DNA from: Dehalococcoidia bacterium
GTDB taxonomy: Bacteria; Chloroflexota; Dehalococcoidia; Lucifugimonadales; Lucifugimonadaceae
DNA length: 64,000 nucleotides
Reading direction: 5' to 3'
Assembly (NCBI GenBank): GCA_026421185.1
Contig: JAPKCH010000003.1
Coordinates: forward strand, 12,375 to 76,374
How positions within the stretch are numbered: position 1 is the stretch's first letter; every line of letters begins with the position of its first letter. Under the pieces are notes generated by a model. That model was not told the DNA's origin and made no database searches. It saw nothing but the letters and a program-made list of their open reading frames with translations. The position numbers and the translations under genes were made by a program. Below are positions 1 through 9,679 of the stretch, piece after piece.

Positions 1-58
1 AACATACCATGTGAGCTGAGATGAAGTTTTCAAGCGGAATAAGGGTAACCGAGAGTGG

Positions 59-685
59 TTACTTCACGACGATATCACCAACTATATTCTGTATAGATTC
101 GGCACTAATTGCACCTGTGCGCAAGAGGATGATCTTTTTATCCTCGTATGCAACCACAGTGCTTGGGGCTGTACTGTTGCCGCACTCTGAATCTAAACAA
201 ACGGCGATAAGTCCCCCGAAAATTTGATCAATTTCGCTGGCATCCTTTATCGGATCATGTCCAGTTAAATTGCAGCTTGTTCCGGTAATAGGTACACCTG
301 ATCGTTGAATCAATTCTTTGGCAATGTTGTTGTCAGGAATTCGTAACCCAACTGTGCCCGATCCGGCAGAAACAACTGATGGAACTATCTCTGCAGCTGG
401 CAATACAACAGTCAGAGCACCTGGCCAAAATTCTTTAGCTAGTTTTTTTAGTGAACTAGGAAATTCACTGGCTAGATTACCGACCATATTTATATCGCTA
501 ATCAACAATGGGACCGGAGTGCCGGGATTACGACCTTTGGTGCGAAAAACAGCCTCGATAGCGCGTGGATTCAACCCGTTTGCTCCGAGGGCAAAGTAGG
601 TGTCGGTCGGGAACGCTACAAGCTCACCCCTGAGTATTGTCTCTACGGATTGGTTCAATCCTAATTCATCTGCTGAAACTAACAT
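59..685 (-). CDS. tsaC: L-threonylcarbamoyladenylate synthase, TsaC/YrdC/Sua5 family
   Basis: 208-aa ORF with YrdC-fold motifs 'VAFPTDTYFALG', 'KGRNPGTPVPLLI', 'FWPGALTVVL', 'VGLRIPD' and 'ITGTSCNLTG'. Divergent from guaA. Confidence 0.85.
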   Translation of the reverse strand: MLVSADELGLNQSVETILRGELVAFPTDTYFALGANGLNPRAIEAVFRTKGRNPGTPVPLLISDINMVGNLASEFPSSLKKLAKEFWPGALTVVLPAAEIVPSVVSAGSGTVGLRIPDNNIAKELIQRSGVPITGTSCNLTGHDPIKDASEIDQIFGGLIAVCLDSECGNSTAPSTVVAYEDKKIILLRTGAISAESIQNIVGDIVVK

Positions 686-895
686 CCGATTATCTTAACG
701 ATCCCGAACACGTTGGTCTCTATATGGTTTGATGGAAATTATCCAACTTAACCGGTGACGCAACCGACGGGAAGGGGTAAATTTATCTTTCAGGCTTAAA
801 GGATTCAGTCGCACGGCGCGCCATCGCAACCGCGTGAGGTGTCCAATATGACATTTGGATAGCCTGTTTTGTTACAACGATCGGGGAACTATGCC

Positions 896-2563
896 ATGGC
901 CCAAAACCCAACTGATGATTCATCCCGACGAGTATCGACTTCAGACGATATCGAAGTAGGTACTTATCTCGAGATTGCTCAGGCCGACCGTACCACTGGC
1001 GGAAATCCGCCTATCGACGAACGGATGAAGACTATTGTCATCATCGACTTTGGATCTCAATACTCCCGTCTTATTGCTCGCCGAATCCGAGAAGCGAATA
1101 CATATTGTGAGATCGTTTCTCACGATGCAGGTAGAGAAATTCTTGATGAGCAGGATGTAATTGGTGTAATTCTCTCTGGTGGACCTAATAGTGTTTATGA
1201 AGACGACGCTCCGATGGCACCGACTTGGGTTTACGAAGCCGGCGTGCCTGTTCTCGGCATATGTTACGGAATGCAGCTAATTGCTCATCAACTTGGCGGT
1301 AAAGTCGAGCGTGGTATCGAGCGTGAGTACGGGCATGCTGTTGTTCACAAAGATGGCCAAGACAACATATTATTCGACGGACTCGACAATGAAGTTCCAG
1401 TATGGATGAGCCATGGTGATCGAATTGAGCAGTTACCACCTGGGTTTCGTTCGATGGCATATACAGAGAACTCTCCCCTCGCAGTGATGGGTAACGAGGA
1501 AGGTACGTACTTCGGAATTCAATTTCATCCCGAAGTTGCCCACACTCCTCAAGGCGCAGAAATTCTGCGTAATTTTTTATTTGGAGTATGTAAAGCTGCC
1601 GGTGACTGGACGCCTAAGAACTTCGTTTCAGATGCCATCGAGCGCATCAAAGAGCGCGTTGGCGACGGTAAGGTAATATGCGCTCTTTCTGGTGGAGTCG
1701 ATTCCACTGTTGCTGCAGCACTGATTCACCGAGCGATTGGTGATCGATTGACCTGTATCTTCGTCGATAACGGTCTTATGCGAAAAGGCGAGGCCGACCG
1801 AGTTCAGAACGTATTTGCAAGTCAGCTCGGTGTGAACCTAATATTCGTAGACGCCACAGAACGATTCTTGAACGCACTCAAGGGTGTGACTGATCCGGAG
1901 GTAAAACGTAAATCTATCGGTGCCGAGTTCATCAAAATTTTCGAAGAAGCTGCTATTGAGATTGGCGAAGTCGATTATCTGGCGCAGGGCACGCTATACC
2001 CAGACGTTATCGAAAGCACTAGTGCCGATTCGACGGCCAGTCACAAGATCAAGACTCACCATAATGTTGGTGGACTCCCAGAACACATGGATTTGAAGCT
2101 GGTTGAACCACTTCGATACATGTTCAAAGATGAAGTTCGAAAAGCTGGTGCTGAACTAGGATTGACTCCTCAGAGCGTCAACCGTCAGCCCTTTCCTGGT
2201 CCTGGTCTAGCGATTCGAATCATGGGTGAAGTCACCTTCGAAAAGCTTGAAATACTTCGTGAAGTCGACTGGATCGTAATCGACGAGATTAAGAACGACG
2301 GCTTGTATGACAGCCTCTGGCAGTCATTCGCTGTACTTACCAACACTCGGACAGTGGGGGTCATGGGCGACCAGCGAACGTACCAGTACGTCACCGCTAT
2401 TCGAGCTGTTACTAGTGCTGACGCTATGACAGCGGACTGGGCTCGCTTGCCTTACGACACACTGGCTAGGATCTCCAGCCGGATCGTCAACGAAGTTGAT
2501 GAAGTTAACCGAGTAGTGCTCGACATCACAAGCAAACCACCAGGAACTATTGAGTGGGAGTAA
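896..2563 (+). CDS. guaA: GMP synthase (glutamine-hydrolysing)
   Basis: Class-I amidotransferase domain ('IVIIDFGSQYSRLIARRIRE', 'GICYGMQL', 'QFHPE'), ATP-pyrophosphatase P-loop 'SGGVDSTV', and a C-terminal end 'PPGTIEWE'. The ORF opens at 869. ATG 896 has a GGGGAA Shine-Dalgarno 6 nt upstream. The conserved domain only begins at ATG 1025, so the true start may be 1025. Confidence 0.95.
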   Translation: MAQNPTDDSSRRVSTSDDIEVGTYLEIAQADRTTGGNPPIDERMKTIVIIDFGSQYSRLIARRIREANTYCEIVSHDAGREILDEQDVIGVILSGGPNSVYEDDAPMAPTWVYEAGVPVLGICYGMQLIAHQLGGKVERGIEREYGHAVVHKDGQDNILFDGLDNEVPVWMSHGDRIEQLPPGFRSMAYTENSPLAVMGNEEGTYFGIQFHPEVAHTPQGAEILRNFLFGVCKAAGDWTPKNFVSDAIERIKERVGDGKVICALSGGVDSTVAAALIHRAIGDRLTCIFVDNGLMRKGEADRVQNVFASQLGVNLIFVDATERFLNALKGVTDPEVKRKSIGAEFIKIFEEAAIEIGEVDYLAQGTLYPDVIESTSADSTASHKIKTHHNVGGLPEHMDLKLVEPLRYMFKDEVRKAGAELGLTPQSVNRQPFPGPGLAIRIMGEVTFEKLEILREVDWIVIDEIKNDGLYDSLWQSFAVLTNTRTVGVMGDQRTYQYVTAIRAVTSADAMTADWARLPYDTLARISSRIVNEVDEVNRVVLDITSKPPGTIEWE

Positions 2564-2614
2564 TTCCACTATAGGATTCGGTTGAGCGTACATTGAATTT
2601 TGATTGAGGTTTAG

Positions 2615-3886
2615 TTGAAAGTTCTATTGGTTGGTTCAGGTGGGCGTGAACACGCTATGGCGTGGAAGCTCGCCAAAAGTCCGAAGTTGTCCGAACTATT
2701 CATTGCGCCCGGCAATGCTGGAACAGCTGAAGTCGGAACCAATGTGAATATCGGCGTCGATGATCACGACGACCTGATTGCATATGCCAGTGAAGAGAAG
2801 ATAGAACTTGTAGTTGTCGCTCCTGATCAACCTATTGTTGATGGGCTTTGCGATCGTCTCAGGAGCGCAGGAATAACAACATTCGGACCGTCAGCAGCAG
2901 CGGCGCGAATCGAAGGTTCGAAAATCTGGTCTGACGACTTAATGACCAAATATGGAATTCCTACAGCTGAATCTGAGGCTTTCACTAGTTCTGGCTCTGC
3001 TATGGAATACGGTCGGTCAAAGCCTGAAGGATCACTTGTCGTAAAGGCCGACGGTCTTGCGGCAGGTAAAGGTGTGATTCTTCCCGACACTTACGCTGAT
3101 CTTGATTCAGCGATCACTGGGATGCTCGACGATGCAGTATTCGGTGAATCCTCATCAAGTATCTTGCTAGCCGAACGCATGTCGGGTCCAGAAGTGAGCG
3201 TCTTTGCGTTCGTCGACGGCGAACACGTATCAGCAGAAATTCCTTCGTGTGATTACAAACGTATCGGTGAAGGCGATGTTGGATTAAACACCGGCGGCAT
3301 GGGAGCGTACGGTCCGCCGGAATTCTGGACTGCCGAACTGGCTGCCAAAGTGCGTAGGGAAATACTCGAACCCGCCGCCACCGCTCTTGTCAAAGAAAAT
3401 AGTTCATTCTCTGGAGTGATATACGCCGGTCTAATGATCACTGAATCTGGACCACGAGTGATCGAATTCAACTGTCGTTTTGGCGATCCTGAAGCTCAAA
3501 TCCTTATGCCTATGCTTGAATCCGACATGCTTGAAATTTGTCTAGCCGTCGCTGAAAACAGGCTTGATAACGAAACTGTGCAATGGTCCAGTGACCCGCA
3601 CACGTTCGTAGTGGCGGTTTCCGATGGCTATCCAGGTTCGTATCCTACTGGCGTCGAAATCGAGGGGATATGTGCTGCCGCAGACCACGGTGTTGTATTC
3701 CACGCTGGGACAAAACGTTATGAAAACGGTGTGCTTATTACCTCTGGTGGACGAGTCTTAGGCGTTGTGGGAACTGGAAAAACTATTCAGGAGTCACGAA
3801 AAACTGCCTACGCTGGTATTGATGAGATCTCATTTGAAGGCATGCGTTTCCGAACCGACATAGCCGAACGTGCGATTCAAGACTAA
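2615..3886 (+). CDS. purD: phosphoribosylamine--glycine ligase
   Basis: TTG start. Motifs 'KVLLVGSGGREHAMAWKL', an ATP-grasp core, and 'GPRVIEFNCRFGDPE'. 423 aa. Confidence 0.95.
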   Translation: MKVLLVGSGGREHAMAWKLAKSPKLSELFIAPGNAGTAEVGTNVNIGVDDHDDLIAYASEEKIELVVVAPDQPIVDGLCDRLRSAGITTFGPSAAAARIEGSKIWSDDLMTKYGIPTAESEAFTSSGSAMEYGRSKPEGSLVVKADGLAAGKGVILPDTYADLDSAITGMLDDAVFGESSSSILLAERMSGPEVSVFAFVDGEHVSAEIPSCDYKRIGEGDVGLNTGGMGAYGPPEFWTAELAAKVRREILEPAATALVKENSSFSGVIYAGLMITESGPRVIEFNCRFGDPEAQILMPMLESDMLEICLAVAENRLDNETVQWSSDPHTFVVAVSDGYPGSYPTGVEIEGICAAADHGVVFHAGTKRYENGVLITSGGRVLGVVGTGKTIQESRKTAYAGIDEISFEGMRFRTDIAERAIQD

Positions 3887-3888
3887 TC

Positions 3889-4581
3889 GTGGCTACTATC
3901 AGCGTTGTATTCGACTTCGATGGGACACTAGTCACCTCATTCATTGGTGGGTTGCTGTTCCGTGGCTTCACACCAGAGGCCGAACTAAAAAAAGCTAGTA
4001 ACCGATTTAAAACCAACGTCACTTCACTTCGTGAATATCAAGAAGAAGTGTTTGATCTGGTGAGTGAATCAACCGCTGAGATGTCGAAAAGAGCCGTTGA
4101 AGGCGCTTCTATCCGATCACAGGCGCATGAAGTCTGTGAACATATATGGAACGTAGGTGGAAAAGTAGCTGTCGCTTCTGCTGGACTCGATTTTTATATT
4201 CAACCGGTGCTAGACAACTCCAAACTGGGACGCATTAACGTTCACAGCGGAAAAGTTATTTCGAACGTTACAGAACTCCCACCTTTTCGATACGATTACC
4301 CTTCGTCCGACGATCAATGCGAAGGAGATTGGATTACTTGCAAGTGCAAAGTGATCAACGATATGAAGAGTGAAGATGAGGAAATCGAAGTCGTGTTTGT
4401 CGGTGATGGCACAGGTCCAGACGAATGCGCTGCTAAAAATGCTGCCGACACAGTTTTCGCAAGAGGCCGGCTACTTTCTTATTGCATTGAAAACCAAATT
4501 CCAGCAATGGAGTTTGGTGAAGATTTTGGACCAGTACTTAGCTATGTCGTAAATAAGACGTCAGCCAATGGAGCTCAATAG
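3889..4581 (+). CDS. HAD-IB family phosphatase, MtnX-like
   Basis: HAD motif I 'VFDFDGTLV', motif II 'VASAGLDFYIQPVL', and motifs III/IV 'K...VFVGDGTGPDE'. It also carries the Cys cluster 'CEGDWITCKCK'. This pattern parallels B. subtilis MtnX ('DFDGTIT', 'SGGMDFF', 'CGCCK', 'GDSVTD'). The GTG start lies 2 nt after the purD stop, and the 3' end overlaps the purB start by 14 nt. Confidence 0.7.
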   Translation: MATISVVFDFDGTLVTSFIGGLLFRGFTPEAELKKASNRFKTNVTSLREYQEEVFDLVSESTAEMSKRAVEGASIRSQAHEVCEHIWNVGGKVAVASAGLDFYIQPVLDNSKLGRINVHSGKVISNVTELPPFRYDYPSSDDQCEGDWITCKCKVINDMKSEDEEIEVVFVGDGTGPDECAAKNAADTVFARGRLLSYCIENQIPAMEFGEDFGPVLSYVVNKTSANGAQ

Positions 4582-5902
4582 AACAGTGATCCCACGATAT
4601 TCTCGACCCGAAATGAACGCTATATGGTCGGAAGACAATGCTTTCGAGCTTTGGCTTCAGGTAGAAATTGCAGCGTCTCAAGCATGGACTGATGAAGGCG
4701 TCGTTCCTGAAGAGGATATGGCAAAGATTCGCGGCGCCAAGTTCAGCCGTGCTGCCTATGATCGTTGGTTTGACGAGACCAAACACGACATCGTTTCGTT
4801 CACACGAGCGGTCGGTGAAAGCCTTGGACCAGAAAGTCGGTGGGTCCACCACGGTCTCACTTCGAACGATGTAAAAGACACGGCCCTAAGCATGCAGTTA
4901 ACGCAGTCATGCGACTTGCTCGAACGAGGCCTTGTAGAACTACTCAATGCGCTTCGTGTACGTGCGATTGAACACAAGGACACACCTTGTATCGGTCGAT
5001 CTCATGGAATTCATGCTGAACCTATGAGCTTTGGTATGAAGCTCGCATTATGGTTCGCTGAAATGAATCGTAATCGAGATCGTCTTGTTGCCGCTCGCAA
5101 GCGCGTTGCGGTCGGCATGCTTTCAGGGCCTGTCGGGACATTTGCATCGGTTCCGCCCGTTATCGAAGAGTCAGTGTGTGCTCAACTCAATCTCTCCCCT
5201 GCTGAAATATCGAATCAGGTGATTCAACGAGATAGGCACGCCGAATACGTTCAAGTGTTGGCGCTCATTGCAGCAACGCTCGACAAGATGGCGACCGAAA
5301 TTAGAGGGTTACAACGCACCGAAGTACGGGAAGTCGAAGAACCGTTTGGAAAACCCGGCTATGTAACTAAGGGATCGTCGTCGATGCCACACAAGCGCAA
5401 TCCTGAGCTCTCAGAGCGTATTTGCGGGCTTGCACGCCTTATTCGCGGACACTCGGTTACTGCTCTCGAAAACGTTGCTCTGTGGCATGAACGTGATATT
5501 TCACATTCATCCGCCGAAAGAATGATTCTTCCAGACGCCTCTCTAGGTCTCGACTACATCATGTCTCTGATGACCGGAATCATTAAAGACATGGTCGTGC
5601 ACGAAGATCGCATGATGCAGAACCTCGAATCAACCCGAGGTCTAGTCTTCTCACCTCGAGTGATGTTATTGCTCGTTGAGCACGGCCTTGATCGAGACGA
5701 CGCGTACGACGCTGTTCAGAGAAACTCGATGAAATCATGGGATGAAGAAATCGATTTCCGAGAATTAGTCAAATCTGATCCCATTGTTTCGGCCAAAGTC
5801 TCTGCAGAAGCTCTAGAAGATTTGTTCGATTACAATTTCTATCTTGGACACGTCGATCACATTTACCGACGAGTAGGAATCTCAGAGGTAGTAATTGACT
5901 GA
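4568..5902 (+). CDS. purB: adenylosuccinate lyase
   Basis: 444 aa. Fumarate-lyase signature 'GSSSMPHKRNP'. N-terminus 'IPRYSRPEMNAIWSE' is typical of PurB. Confidence 0.95.
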   Translation: MELNRTVIPRYSRPEMNAIWSEDNAFELWLQVEIAASQAWTDEGVVPEEDMAKIRGAKFSRAAYDRWFDETKHDIVSFTRAVGESLGPESRWVHHGLTSNDVKDTALSMQLTQSCDLLERGLVELLNALRVRAIEHKDTPCIGRSHGIHAEPMSFGMKLALWFAEMNRNRDRLVAARKRVAVGMLSGPVGTFASVPPVIEESVCAQLNLSPAEISNQVIQRDRHAEYVQVLALIAATLDKMATEIRGLQRTEVREVEEPFGKPGYVTKGSSSMPHKRNPELSERICGLARLIRGHSVTALENVALWHERDISHSSAERMILPDASLGLDYIMSLMTGIIKDMVVHEDRMMQNLESTRGLVFSPRVMLLLVEHGLDRDDAYDAVQRNSMKSWDEEIDFRELVKSDPIVSAKVSAEALEDLFDYNFYLGHVDHIYRRVGISEVVID

Positions 5903-6806
5903 AGCTGTCTTCGAAACAAACCTACCCGGCCTGCTCTATCGAGGCAAAGTTCGAGATACATATGACCTCGGAGATGACCGTCTTCTGATGGTAGCGTCAG
6001 ATCGTATTTCTGCTTTCGACGTGATTATGGATCGGCCTATTCCCGGTAAAGGCGTCATTCTCACTCAGATGTCATCGTTCTGGTTCGACGTAATTGATGC
6101 TGTTATGCCCAACCACGTTATTGCTACCGCAGATGACGAAGTCGCAATGGCAAACGTTGACCGTAACGGCGCTCTCGTAAATCTGCCTCCTGAACTTGCT
6201 CGTAGGTCAATGGTGATAAAGAAAGCCGAACGATTAGATATTGAATGTGTTGTGCGGAATTACATCGCAGGATCGGCTTGGGCTGAATATGAAGAATCTA
6301 GAACTATGAACGGAGAACCACTTCCTGCTGGTATGAAAGCAGCGGAAAGGTTCTCGGAGCCGATATTCACGCCGTCAACGAAAGCTGAATCTGGACACGA
6401 TATGCCTCTGACTCCGAAGGATGCTAAGGATCTTGTCGGTGTAGAAATGCACCAAATCCTAGAAGAGAAAAGCATAGAGGTATTTCAGGTAGCTCACGAT
6501 TATGCGGCTGAACGTGGCATGATCCTGGTTGATACGAAATTCGAGTTTGGCTTTGTTGATGGGGAACTAACGATCATTGATGAGGTCCTTACACCCGATT
6601 CGAGTCGATACTGGGATGTAAATGATTGGACACCGGGAAATTTCCCTCCAGCATTTGACAAACAATTTTTACGAGCATGGCTTCTTGATACCGATTGGAA
6701 TCGAGAACCGCCTGGTCCTGTACTGCCCGATTCAATTGTTGAGCAGACTCAAGAGAGATATCTAGAGTCTTATCGGCGACTCTCAGGCAAGTCACTGGTA
6801 TTGTAG
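5895..6806 (+). CDS. purC: phosphoribosylaminoimidazole-succinocarboxamide (SAICAR) synthase
   Basis: TTG start overlapping the purB end by 8 nt. Motifs 'LLYRGKVRDTYDL', 'SDRISAFD' and 'LVDTKFEFG'. Long (about 300 aa) PurC type. Confidence 0.9.
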   Translation: MTEAVFETNLPGLLYRGKVRDTYDLGDDRLLMVASDRISAFDVIMDRPIPGKGVILTQMSSFWFDVIDAVMPNHVIATADDEVAMANVDRNGALVNLPPELARRSMVIKKAERLDIECVVRNYIAGSAWAEYEESRTMNGEPLPAGMKAAERFSEPIFTPSTKAESGHDMPLTPKDAKDLVGVEMHQILEEKSIEVFQVAHDYAAERGMILVDTKFEFGFVDGELTIIDEVLTPDSSRYWDVNDWTPGNFPPAFDKQFLRAWLLDTDWNREPPGPVLPDSIVEQTQERYLESYRRLSGKSLVL

Positions 6807-6856
6807 ATATCTCTTGAAATTACTGACACATATTTTTGTGTGACAAATGGAATCGT

Positions 6857-7537
6857 ATGGCAGACATAAAGCGCAAAGCAACCACCCGTCCTGAAAGCCG
6901 CCGAGGCATGACAAAAGGACAAATTCGAGAAGAACGGCGAGAACGAAGCCGCACACGTCAGCGTCGAAAACGATCGCTGCTAATGTTCGGCGGAATTCTT
7001 TTCGCCATCGTATTTATAGCGGCACTTGTCGTATCGCCCAACCTGTCTCCACAGAGCACTGGTAGTAGAGGAGTTAATACCGAAGGTCATATAGCGCTCG
7101 ACGTAGATGATGGTCGAGGACACATCGATGGGAATACACCGTACGCTGAAGTGTACTCAGTAGTTCCTGCAACATCTGGTCCGCACTGGGCCGGTGCAAC
7201 AACTCCGATGGGTCTACCATCTCCTGCTCGTTGGGGACAATATGACGGTGTTCTTCCAGACGAAATTCTTATCCACAACCTCGAACACGGTGGAATTGGT
7301 TTCCACTACGACTGTGAAGAAGAATGCCCTGAAATCGTGAAGGCACTCGACGATCTTCTTCCTCGAAACCCGTCTCAGTACATCATGTCTCCATACCTAG
7401 GTCTGCCTAGCAAGGTTGCGATTACCGCTTGGCGTCACCACCTGTACCTAGATGAAGTAGATATCGATCAGATCCTCGAATTTATCGAGGAGTACCAAGA
7501 TCGAGCTCCTGAAAGCCTGATACAGAACCAGTACTAG
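6857..7537 (+). CDS. membrane-anchored DUF3105-like protein
   Basis: Basic N-terminus followed by one TM helix ('LLMFGGILFAIVFIAALVV'). The C-terminal domain with 'IHNLEHGGIGFHYDC' resembles DUF3105. ATG 6857 is preferred over the ORF-track start at 6836. Confidence 0.6.
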   Translation: MADIKRKATTRPESRRGMTKGQIREERRERSRTRQRRKRSLLMFGGILFAIVFIAALVVSPNLSPQSTGSRGVNTEGHIALDVDDGRGHIDGNTPYAEVYSVVPATSGPHWAGATTPMGLPSPARWGQYDGVLPDEILIHNLEHGGIGFHYDCEEECPEIVKALDDLLPRNPSQYIMSPYLGLPSKVAITAWRHHLYLDEVDIDQILEFIEEYQDRAPESLIQNQY

Positions 7538-7603
7538 GTTTCAATTAGATGTCTAGGTCTGAAATAGCCTTGTTAGCGCGTATATAACAACAGAAAGAAG
7601 CGA

Positions 7604-7852
7604 ATGTTTCTCGCAAAGATTCATGTAACGCTAAAACCAACGGTCAACGATCCTCAGGGTCTGACGATCGCGCGTGCTCTTGGTCGGCTTGATTTTGACT
7701 CAATCGAGTCGGTTCGAGCTGGAAAGTACTTTGAAGTGAAGATCAACGGTGACGATGAAACGTCAGTCGGCTCAGACGTAAAGACCATGTGCGAGAAACT
7801 ACTGGCTAATCTTGTTATAGAAACATACACATATGAACTGGAAGCCATTTAG
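7604..7852 (+). CDS. purS: phosphoribosylformylglycinamidine synthase subunit PurS
   Basis: 82 aa. 'KIHVTLKPTVNDPQGLTI...' is the typical PurS fold signature. No purQ or purL follows it. Confidence 0.85.
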   Translation: MFLAKIHVTLKPTVNDPQGLTIARALGRLDFDSIESVRAGKYFEVKINGDDETSVGSDVKTMCEKLLANLVIETYTYELEAI

Positions 7853-7882
7853 GTATATCCAGTTCGTAAGGGCGCCGCAGAA

Positions 7883-8488
7883 CTAGTCGGTTAGCGTGCC
7901 TTTTGTGCTTGGGATTCCGTCTGGATTACGTTCGTCGATACGTGATGCATCACGAAGTGCCCGGGCGAACGCTTTGAATGATGACTCGATAACGTGGTGC
8001 TCGTTCTTCCCGGCCAGCACTCGTATGTGCAGACAGAATCGCCCTTCGACAGCCATCGCTTCAAAGAAGTGACGAGCCATGTCGGCAGGAAACTCACCGA
8101 TGTTGTTATCGCTTCCCATGTTGATCACAGCGTAACCACGACCCGATAGGTCTAGAACAGCGTGTGTTAATGCTTCGTCGAGCGAACAAGTTCGATCTGC
8201 CATTCGCACGATGCCTTTACGGTCACCTAGTGCTTGATCTATTGCCCTACCTAGTACGATCGCAGTATCTTCAACGGTGTGGTGTGATCCAGTTTCGAGG
8301 TCGCCATTTGCTTCCACTTTTAGGTCAATCATTCCGTGACGAGCAACCTGATTAAGCATGTGCTTGAGGAAACCGATTGGTGTATCGACTTCAACTTTAC
8401 CTGTTCCATCGAGGTTGACGGTAACGGCTATTCTGCTTTCGCCGGTCTCGCGGACAATAGTTGCAACGCGAGCTTCTTTTTCGGACAT
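7883..8488 (-). CDS. hisB: imidazoleglycerol-phosphate dehydratase
   Basis: 201 aa with 'RETGESRIAVTVNLDG', 'GSHHTVEDTAIVLG' and 'NEHHVIESSFKAFARAL'. Confidence 0.95.
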   Translation of the reverse strand: MSEKEARVATIVRETGESRIAVTVNLDGTGKVEVDTPIGFLKHMLNQVARHGMIDLKVEANGDLETGSHHTVEDTAIVLGRAIDQALGDRKGIVRMADRTCSLDEALTHAVLDLSGRGYAVINMGSDNNIGEFPADMARHFFEAMAVEGRFCLHIRVLAGKNEHHVIESSFKAFARALRDASRIDERNPDGIPSTKGTLTD

Positions 8489-8569
8489 ACCTGTGCCTTT
8501 TATCTGACAAATGTGCGCCGTATACGATTATTAAAGCGCTGATTATGATGCTAACGGGGGCGGTACGAA

Positions 8570-9652
8570 CTAAACAACGCTTCTGAGTGCGTCGATTAGC
8601 CGGTCTGTCTGCTCTGGAGTTCCGGCACTGATCCTCAAGGAGTTGTCTAGGGCACTCTGAGGGAACCGCCGAACGAAGATTCCATGCTCGGCGAGCCCAA
8701 CGTAAGCTTCTTCGGCTGTACGTCGATCAAATCTGCACAAAAGAAAATTACCTTCGGATGGATAATACGAAATTCCGTCAAGATTATCGATGACTTCTTC
8801 GACACGCTTGCGCTGTTCAACGAGACTATGCGCTCGTTTCAGCAAATCATCTTTGTGTTCCAGAGCCGCCAATACAGCCGTTTCACCGGCGATATTTATG
8901 TTGTACGGCTGTTTGATATCCATCAAGTGCTGAACCAAGTTCACCGAAGCCATTGCATAGCCAACCCTAAGACCGGCTAAGCCGGCCCATTTGCTGAACG
9001 ATCGCAAAACCACAAGGTTTTCGTACTCATCAAGCAAGTGGCTCAGCGTGTTTCTGGAAAATTCGTAATACGTCTCATCAACGCAAACTACAATTCCGGT
9101 TTCGAGCAACGCACGGGCATCTGACTCGGTCAGTAGATTGCCGGTTGGATTATTCGGAGATGCAAGAAATACGATTCGAGCGGAATCATCGATTTCTTCC
9201 AACATTGTCGTAATGTCGATATCCCAAGTCGAATTACGAGGTACCGACACAATTTTGGCGTCGACTTGTCGTGCCGAGAATGCGTACATGCCGAAGGTCG
9301 GCTGACAATCAAGAACTTTTTGACCCGGTGCGACAAATAATCTGATTAATAGATCGATAATTTCGTCGCCACCCGCACCCGCGATGATTCGATCAGGCGG
9401 TTGCCCGGTGTAGTCACTCAACGCTGCTCTCAGTTTTCTTTGTTGAGAGTCTGGGTATAGATGAATATCTAGACCTGTAATCGATTCGGCCACTTTGTCT
9501 AAGGCTCCGTACGGATTTTCGTTAGCGTTTAGCCGTATAACGTCTTCAGGCTTTATTCCTGCTTTACGAGCAAGTTCTGCTGAAGGATCGACACCGTGGT
9601 AGGTTGCGATTTTGGCCATGTGCGGCCGCATGAGTTTTTCGAGTTGTGACAT
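8570..9652 (-). CDS. hisC: histidinol-phosphate aminotransferase
   Basis: Class-II aminotransferase with 'LNANENPYG', 'SPNNPTG' and the PLP-Lys region 'RSFSKWAGLAGLRVGY'. Lies inside the his operon. Confidence 0.9.
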   Translation of the reverse strand: MSQLEKLMRPHMAKIATYHGVDPSAELARKAGIKPEDVIRLNANENPYGALDKVAESITGLDIHLYPDSQQRKLRAALSDYTGQPPDRIIAGAGGDEIIDLLIRLFVAPGQKVLDCQPTFGMYAFSARQVDAKIVSVPRNSTWDIDITTMLEEIDDSARIVFLASPNNPTGNLLTESDARALLETGIVVCVDETYYEFSRNTLSHLLDEYENLVVLRSFSKWAGLAGLRVGYAMASVNLVQHLMDIKQPYNINIAGETAVLAALEHKDDLLKRAHSLVEQRKRVEEVIDNLDGISYYPSEGNFLLCRFDRRTAEEAYVGLAEHGIFVRRFPQSALDNSLRISAGTPEQTDRLIDALRSVV

Positions 9653-9679
9653 GTTGGTGAATTTTGGTGGATTAGTCGA

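Noticed and set aside
869-1024. N-terminal 52-aa extension of guaA, or a purine riboswitch in the 340-nt tsaC-guaA spacer
   Set aside because: The extension has no homology-like features, although ATG 896 has a good Shine-Dalgarno. I could not find the guanine-riboswitch core. The question is left open as a start-site ambiguity rather than a feature.
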